From a virus: a stretch of DNA of 64,000 bases. Below, piece by piece: positions 58,860-64,000 of the stretch; the stretch's first letter is position 1; every line of letters starts with the position of its first letter. Below the pieces are notes generated by a model. The model was not told the origin of the DNA and ran no database searches. It worked only from the letters and a program-made list of their open reading frames with translations. The translations under genes and the position numbers were made by a program. The stretch lies in the IMG/VR virus record IMGVR_UViG_3300005617_000581, one strand, 5' to 3'.

Positions 58860-60065
58860 ATGCGCCGAACCAGCTGCAGCGCCTGCGGCTACAACGACCT
58901 ACATACGTTCCTCGACCTCGGGCTGTCGCCGATCGCGGACGCGTACACTAAGAGCCCCAACGAACTGGTCGAGATGCACCCGCTTCAGCTGGCGGTCTGC
59001 ACCGGCTGCTGGCTCGTCCAGCTGCTCGAGGTCGTCGACCCAAAGACGCTGTTCGGGACGGGCTACTCGTTCTACTCGTCGGCGTCGGCGCCGCTGTCCA
59101 ACTACCACGCGGACTACGCAGCCGACGTGCTCTTCCGCTACGACGGCCTAGCTCGCCGCGGCGTCGTCGAGATCGGCTGCAACGACGGGGACATGCTGCG
59201 CTGGTTCGCGCAGCGCGGCTGCCCGAGCATTGGCGTCGACCCGGCGACCGGGCCGGTCGACGTCGCGCGACGGCGCGGACTCAACGTCATGGAAACCGAG
59301 TTCACCTTCGACGTCGCCGAGTCGATCGCCGCCGAGGGTGGTAAGCCGGGGATCATCATCGCCAACCACGTCCTAGCGCACGTCGCCGACGTAGCCGAGG
59401 TACTGCGCGGCGTCGCGGCGTTACTGGCCGTCGACGGCGTCGCGTTCGTCGAGGTCCAGTACCTACCCGACCTGCTGACGGGTAACGCGTTCGACCTGGT
59501 CTACCACGAGCACCGCAACTTCTTCTCGTTGACGAGCCTGGAGAAGGCCGCGAAGCGCTGGGGTCTACACGTCGCCGACGCACGGCTTACCGATCGCCAG
59601 GGAGGATCGCTACGCGTCGAGCTACGCCGTACGCGCGGCGCCCTCAACCTCATCGAGAACATACGCGCGTCCGAGTCGTGGCTATCGCAACGCAGCTCGT
59701 ACGACGGCTTTCAGGGGCGGATCGAACGCGTTCGGACGCGACTACGCGACATGTTGATCACATCGGCGACCGGTCACGTCGCCGGATACGGCGCACCCGC
59801 GAAGGCGACGACGCTGCTTAACTTCTGCGGCATCGATTCCGAACAGGTCGGCTTCACGATCGATACGACGGCCGCTAAGCAGGGCCGCTTCGTCCCGGGT
59901 ACCGGCATTCCGATTCGACCGCCTGATGTCATCGAGTCGCGGCGGGTAGATACATTTCTACTACTGGCGTGGAACTACGCGCCGGAGATCATGCGCCGCG
60001 AACTCGAATTCACGCACAACGGCGGACGCTGGATCGTTCCGATCCCGGTTCCGACGCTGTTCTAG
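58860..60065 (+). CDS. SAM-dependent methyltransferase with N-terminal Zn-ribbon (sugar C-/O-methyltransferase-like family)
   Basis: CSACGYNDLHTFLDLGLSPIADAY...CTGCWLVQL zinc ribbon is followed by a class-I MTase core VVEIGCNDG. Confidence 0.55.
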   Translation: MRRTSCSACGYNDLHTFLDLGLSPIADAYTKSPNELVEMHPLQLAVCTGCWLVQLLEVVDPKTLFGTGYSFYSSASAPLSNYHADYAADVLFRYDGLARRGVVEIGCNDGDMLRWFAQRGCPSIGVDPATGPVDVARRRGLNVMETEFTFDVAESIAAEGGKPGIIIANHVLAHVADVAEVLRGVAALLAVDGVAFVEVQYLPDLLTGNAFDLVYHEHRNFFSLTSLEKAAKRWGLHVADARLTDRQGGSLRVELRRTRGALNLIENIRASESWLSQRSSYDGFQGRIERVRTRLRDMLITSATGHVAGYGAPAKATTLLNFCGIDSEQVGFTIDTTAAKQGRFVPGTGIPIRPPDVIESRRVDTFLLLAWNYAPEIMRRELEFTHNGGRWIVPIPVPTLF

Positions 60066-60073
60066 GAGGACGA

Positions 60074-60586
60074 TTGAACCTGAACCTCGGCTGCGGCGAA
60101 CAGTACGCACCCGGCTGGGTCAACGTCGACCACGAGGGCAGTCCGCACCGGCGTGACCAGACCGTCGACCTGACGGGCGAGCTGCCCTGGCCGCAGGGCA
60201 GCGTCGACGCCGTCTACGCGGGTCACCTACTGGAGCACCTAACACTCGACGAGTGTCGCGGCCTCCTGGTCCGGCTTCGGACGTGCGTCAAGCCCGCGGG
60301 TATGATCATGGTGGTAGGTCCCGACGTCGAGGTCGCCGCGCGGATGGAACGCGACGGCGCGACGCTGGAGGTTCCGCTCGACCAGCTGCGCTTCGGCGCC
60401 GGGCGCTGGCTCGGCGACGTGCACCGCTGGGAGTGCACCCTCGCCGGGCTTACCGTTCTGCTGATCGAATCCGGTTGGTCGAAGGTCACGCACTTCGGTA
60501 TCGACGAGGTCGGCGCGTTCTGGCCGGTCGCGTTCCGCGGGCCGCGCTGGCAGGTCGCCGTGCGGGCGGAGGTACCGGTAGCGTGA
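60074..60586 (+). CDS. Class I SAM-dependent methyltransferase
   Basis: In-frame TTG 60074 after AGGAGG. LNLGCGEQ (motif I) and VDAVYAGHLLEHL (Methyltransf_11-like). Confidence 0.55.
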   Translation: MNLNLGCGEQYAPGWVNVDHEGSPHRRDQTVDLTGELPWPQGSVDAVYAGHLLEHLTLDECRGLLVRLRTCVKPAGMIMVVGPDVEVAARMERDGATLEVPLDQLRFGAGRWLGDVHRWECTLAGLTVLLIESGWSKVTHFGIDEVGAFWPVAFRGPRWQVAVRAEVPVA

Positions 60587-61155
60587 AGATGGACGTCACC
60601 GTCGCGATGCCGGCGATCCCGCCGCGGGTCGGCGGACAGCTGTTCCTGGACGCCGTCAACAGCGTACGTAGCCAGACGCTGCCTCCCGAGGGCGGCATCT
60701 CGTGCGCCCTGGACGTCGACCGCAACGGGGCCGCGGTAACCCGCCAGCGCGCCCTGGACGGCGTCCGGACGACGTGGACGGCGTTCCTGGACGACGACGA
60801 CTACTTCTACCCGAACCACCTCGAGACGCTGAAGAACCTGGCGATCGATACCGGCGCGGACTTCGTGTACTCGTGGTTCGACGGCAACAACCCGTTCCCG
60901 ATGCACCGCGGCCGCCAGTTCAACCGCGATGAGCCCCACCATACGACGATGACCGTCATGGTCCGGACGGCCCTGGCGCGCGAGGCCGGGTTCCTGCTGC
61001 CGAACGGCCCGCTTCACCAGGACTGGATGGGCGAGGACTGGCAGTTCATCCTGCGCTGCGCCGACGCGGGCGCGATCTTCGCGGGTTCGGCCGAGATAAC
61101 GTGGCACTACCGCGTCCACGGCACCAACACCAGCGGCCTACCGACGAGGTGGTGA
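60583..61155 (+). CDS. Glycosyltransferase family 2-like protein (paralogue A)
   Basis: AFLDDDDYFYPNHLETL and EDWQF are shared with the next gene. Confidence 0.5.
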   Translation: MKMDVTVAMPAIPPRVGGQLFLDAVNSVRSQTLPPEGGISCALDVDRNGAAVTRQRALDGVRTTWTAFLDDDDYFYPNHLETLKNLAIDTGADFVYSWFDGNNPFPMHRGRQFNRDEPHHTTMTVMVRTALAREAGFLLPNGPLHQDWMGEDWQFILRCADAGAIFAGSAEITWHYRVHGTNTSGLPTRW

Positions 61156-61157
61156 CG

Positions 61158-61745
61158 ATGCTCGACAGCGTGACGGTGATCGTTCCGCACATTCCGACGC
61201 GGGTCGCCGAGCTGGAACGCGCGCTCGCGAGCGTCTGGCGACAGACGCACCAACCCGACGCGGTCATCGTCCAGACGGACAATCGGCGCGTCGGCTCGGC
61301 GCTGACGCGCAACAGGGCGCTGTGCTACAACCTGTCGACCAACTGGGTCGCGTTCCTGGACGACGACGATGAACTGCTGCCGAACCACCTCGAGGCGCTG
61401 CTGAGCCGCGCCGCGCACGACCTTCCGGGGGTCGTCTACTCCGGCTGTCGCGTCGTCGACAGGTTCGGCTTCGAGGTTCCACAGCGTGAGGAGTGGGGGC
61501 GCTTTGGGCAGGAGTTCGACGCGGACCTGCTGCGGCGGCGTTCGTACATACCGGTGACGAGCCTGGTGAGCGTCTACGTCGCGCAGAAGGCGTTCTTCGA
61601 AGCACCGGCCGGCAGCGACTACGACGACTGGGGCTTCTACCTGCGTGCCCTGGACAACGGCGCGCGGTTTGTGCACGTCCCCGAGGTGACGTGGATCTGG
61701 CACCACCACGGGCACAACACGAGTGGGAGGCCCGATCGATGGTAG
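61158..61745 (+). CDS. Glycosyltransferase family 2-like protein (paralogue B)
   Basis: VIVPHIPTR...AFLDDDDELLPNHLEALL...DDWGFYLR parallels paralogue A. Confidence 0.5.
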   Translation: MLDSVTVIVPHIPTRVAELERALASVWRQTHQPDAVIVQTDNRRVGSALTRNRALCYNLSTNWVAFLDDDDELLPNHLEALLSRAAHDLPGVVYSGCRVVDRFGFEVPQREEWGRFGQEFDADLLRRRSYIPVTSLVSVYVAQKAFFEAPAGSDYDDWGFYLRALDNGARFVHVPEVTWIWHHHGHNTSGRPDRW

Positions 61746-61990
61746 AGATTCCCGAGGAACGTAAGGGTGACGGTCCGTGTCAAAACTGTGCACAGGAATA
61801 CTTCGACTGGTCAGCCGATAATGCGTTCTGGAATAATGTCATAGCGGAGTGGAAGGGTGTTGACTGGACCGGAGGGGATCCTGGAGCGATTCTCTGCATA
61901 ACCTGCTTTGGCGTCATCGCGCATAATCTAGGTTACGACATGATCGGCTTTCGTATGACGCCTGAGTGGCGTTGGCAGCGACGTCTATGA
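61739..61990 (+). CDS. Hypothetical small protein (83 aa), lower GC
   Basis: In-frame ATG 61739. CQNCAQEY...ILCITCFG. Confidence 0.35.
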   Translation: MVEIPEERKGDGPCQNCAQEYFDWSADNAFWNNVIAEWKGVDWTGGDPGAILCITCFGVIAHNLGYDMIGFRMTPEWRWQRRL

Positions 61991-63063
61991 AGGTCTACGT
62001 CTTTCCCGCGGACCACCACGGCTGTGGACACTACCGAATGATCTGGCCCGCCGAGGCGCTGATCGCGCAGGGTCACGACGTGCACGTCGTCGCGCCGGAC
62101 GAGCGCGATCGAATGCTCCAGGGCGCGATGCGTGGCGACAAGATGGTCGAGGTCAACATTCCGCGCGACGCCGACGTCATCGTGCTGCAGCGCGTGGTAC
62201 ACCGCTACATCGTCCAGGCGATCCAGCTGATCCGTAAGAAGCGCGTCGCCGTGATCGTCGACATCGACGACGACCTTACGTGCATCCATCCCGCGAACCC
62301 GGCGTTCACGCTCTTCCACCCGAACAGCGGCGATCCCAACTACTCGTGGCAGAATACGCTTCACGCCGCGGAGGCCGCGACGATAACGACCGTCTCGACG
62401 CCCGCGCTGGTTCAGCGCTACGGACGCCGCGGCAACGCGCACGTTCTCTACAACGGCGTTCCGGCGCGAATGCTGGACGTCCCCCGGGTAGATTCCGATG
62501 TCATCGGCTGGGCGGGTTCGGTACCGAGTCACCCGACCGACCTGCAGGCGATGGGACCCGCGCCCGCGCAGCTGATCCAGGCCGGCTGCCGCTGGAGGAT
62601 CGCGGGTCCGATCGTCGGGGTCCACGAGGCGCTCGGCGTTCCTACGACGACCAACATTGAGTCGACGGGCGTGATCCCGAACATCTACCACTGGCCACTC
62701 GCCGTTGCCAGTCTAGGCATCGGCGTCGCGCCCCTGGCGGACACGCGGTTCAACTCCGCGAAGTCGTGGCTGAAGATGGCCGAATACGCCGCGGCGGGGG
62801 TTCCCTGCGTCGGCTCGCCGCGCGCCGAATACGTCCGGCTCAACAAGCTCGGCGTCGGCTGGCTAGCTAAGACGCCGAACGACTGGAAGGCTAAGCTGCG
62901 AACGCTGGTCGAATCGCAGACCGCGCGTGAGGAGCTGTCCGAACGGGGGCGGTTCGTCATGCAGGAGTACACGATCGAGAGGACGGCGTGGCGCTGGATG
63001 GAGACGTGGCAGCGCGCGCTGTCGCTCGAACGTTCGACGCCCCTCAAGCGCGTCGAGGTCTAA
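61987..63063 (+). CDS. Glycosyltransferase, GT-B fold (GT4-like)
   Basis: Start placed at ATG 61987 (MKVYVFP), overlapping the upstream stop. N-domain FPADHHGCGHYRMIWPAEAL, and the C-domain has an E..E..G-type donor-binding region. Confidence 0.5.
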   Translation: MKVYVFPADHHGCGHYRMIWPAEALIAQGHDVHVVAPDERDRMLQGAMRGDKMVEVNIPRDADVIVLQRVVHRYIVQAIQLIRKKRVAVIVDIDDDLTCIHPANPAFTLFHPNSGDPNYSWQNTLHAAEAATITTVSTPALVQRYGRRGNAHVLYNGVPARMLDVPRVDSDVIGWAGSVPSHPTDLQAMGPAPAQLIQAGCRWRIAGPIVGVHEALGVPTTTNIESTGVIPNIYHWPLAVASLGIGVAPLADTRFNSAKSWLKMAEYAAAGVPCVGSPRAEYVRLNKLGVGWLAKTPNDWKAKLRTLVESQTAREELSERGRFVMQEYTIERTAWRWMETWQRALSLERSTPLKRVEV

Positions 63064-63071
63064 AAAGACGA

Positions 63072-63110
63072 AAAAGCCGCACGTCGTTCTACTACGACGT
63101 GCGGCTTCTA
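63072..63110. terminator. Bidirectional intrinsic terminator between convergent genes
   Basis: 12-bp stem GCCGCACGTCGT / ACGACGTGCGGC with a 6-nt loop, flanked by AAAAAGACGAAAAA upstream and TTCT downstream. Confidence 0.6.
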
Positions 63111-63136
63111 CGTGCTGTATAAGAGACGTACGGCGC

Positions 63137-63445
63137 CTACGTTAGCCACGATAGGCCACACGAGACGCAGACCTCGGAGTATCCGTCCGAGAACAACGTC
63201 CGGTTGGCGCAGCCGGGACACGAGCGTCGCTCGCCGCCGCGCTTCAGCGCGCGACGCTCGTCGTCCGTCGTGCCGCCCCAGATGCCGTAGACCTCGGAGA
63301 ACGACAGCGCGAAGTCGAGGCAGCTCGGCTGAACGCGGCACCGCGAGCAGTACGCCTTCGCCGTTTCGACGTGGTCGGGGTCCTCGAAGATCTCGGGGTT
63401 CGCGCCCGCGCAGAGCGCTCGCTTCTGCCACAGGGGCTCCTGCAT
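63137..63445 (-). CDS. whiB: WhiB-family transcriptional regulator
   Basis: Four Cys residues (ALCAG, CSRC, CLDFAL) and the GIWGG turn, followed by a basic tail. It is transcribed convergently with the structural arm. Confidence 0.7.
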   Translation of the reverse strand: MQEPLWQKRALCAGANPEIFEDPDHVETAKAYCSRCRVQPSCLDFALSFSEVYGIWGGTTDDERRALKRGGERRSCPGCANRTLFSDGYSEVCVSCGLSWLT

Positions 63446-63456
63446 CGCCGATCCCC

Positions 63457-64000
63457 CTAGACGCCCGATAGCAGCAGTCCTGCTGTTCGATTGATGCGCT
63501 TGTGGGTTTCACCCTCGAGCGCGTTGATGAACCGCGACTCGGGCGAGCCACCCGGGCGGTACCAGTCCATGTACTCGGAGACCGCGTTGACGAGGCCCCA
63601 CGCCGTACCGGCGTAGGCGACCGTCGGCGACGACTGCCACAGCGACATGATTGTGGCGAGCCGTTCCTCCCACTGGAGCTGCGTCCGCGGCGTCTTCCCC
63701 TTGGGCTGAGGAATGACGATCTTTAGCACCTCGCGGGCCTTGGTCGCCGTCACGCTGCGATCGGCGAGGCGGTCGGCGAGCTCCTCGAAGCGCTTGACGT
63801 AGAGGCCGATGTTCTTGAGCGACGTCTTAGCCTCATCCAGCTTTGCCTTCATCGTGCTGGTGTGCTTGATCGCCCAGCGGTACTTCACGTCGTTGGTGAA
63901 CGAACGCAGCGTCAGTTGGTTCATGCAGCGGCCGCGCAGCATCATGACCGAGACCTCGACGGCGCGCGAGCAGTCGTGGCTGGTGCGCAGCACCGCGAAG
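63457..64000 (-). CDS. Hypothetical protein, 5' end beyond window (partial)
   Basis: The minus-strand ORF is open to the window edge. Confidence 0.4.
   Translation of the reverse strand, partial: FAVLRTSHDCSRAVEVSVMMLRGRCMNQLTLRSFTNDVKYRWAIKHTSTMKAKLDEAKTSLKNIGLYVKRFEELADRLADRSVTATKAREVLKIVIPQPKGKTPRTQLQWEERLATIMSLWQSSPTVAYAGTAWGLVNAVSEYMDWYRPGGSPESRFINALEGETHKRINRTAGLLLSGV

Noticed and set aside
1-64000. CRISPR arrays, rRNA genes, insertion sequences
   Set aside because: No spaced direct repeats, no rRNA-like conserved stretches and no transposase-like ORFs were seen. The only direct repeats are the short iteron-like units at 17658-17696.

Overview
High-GC (~65%) double-stranded DNA, organised like an actinobacteriophage genome. 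No rRNA genes, CRISPR arrays, integrase or transposase were recognised.

Bases 67-14894 are a leftward (minus-strand) DNA-metabolism and replication arm: a MazG-like NTP pyrophosphohydrolase, a nucleotidyltransferase, an APH-fold kinase, a 452-aa unknown protein, a DUF669-like SSB, a Sak4-like RecA NTPase, a Cas4-like nuclease, an SNF2 helicase, a RuvC-like resolvase, family-A DNA polymerase I, dCMP deaminase, a thymidylate-synthase homologue, and a thymidylate-kinase-like P-loop kinase fused to a UDG-like domain. I read this combination as a candidate nucleotide/DNA hypermodification pathway.

A divergent control region near 14.9-15.1 kb leads into a rightward prim-pol/D5-type primase-helicase, followed by a ~450-bp non-coding region with iteron-like repeats and an AT-rich core.

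Next is a long run of small plus-strand genes. It includes four tandem paralogues, an ArfB-like GGQ protein, a DUF397 protein, a HAD hydrolase and an SPFH membrane protein.

The structural arm starts with the large terminase. It is interrupted by a ~4.7-kb accessory island before the portal. The island has its own extended -10 promoter, a strong intrinsic terminator, a tRNA-like element, an ADP-ribosyl-glycohydrolase, and a striking conserved start-associated sequence GAGAGGAGAACGAGA-ATG shared by at least 8 genes.

Then come the portal, a MuF-like protein carrying two C3/VIP2-type ADP-ribosyltransferase domains, and a 1353-aa protein with two more ART domains, followed by a zeta-toxin-like P-loop kinase. 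These are likely capsid-packaged, ejected effector proteins.

After that are an HK97-type prohead protease, a capsid protein with an N-terminal delta domain, Cys-rich head-tail proteins, an HK97 gp10-like protein, frameshifted tail assembly chaperones, tape measure, and three minor tail proteins.

The right end carries a virion-glycosylation-type cluster (four glycosyltransferase-like genes, at least three GT2 and one GT4, and two methyltransferases). It closes with a convergent WhiB-family regulator on the minus strand.

Where my hand count from the printed line labels disagreed with the ORF track by 1 nt, I used the track coordinates.
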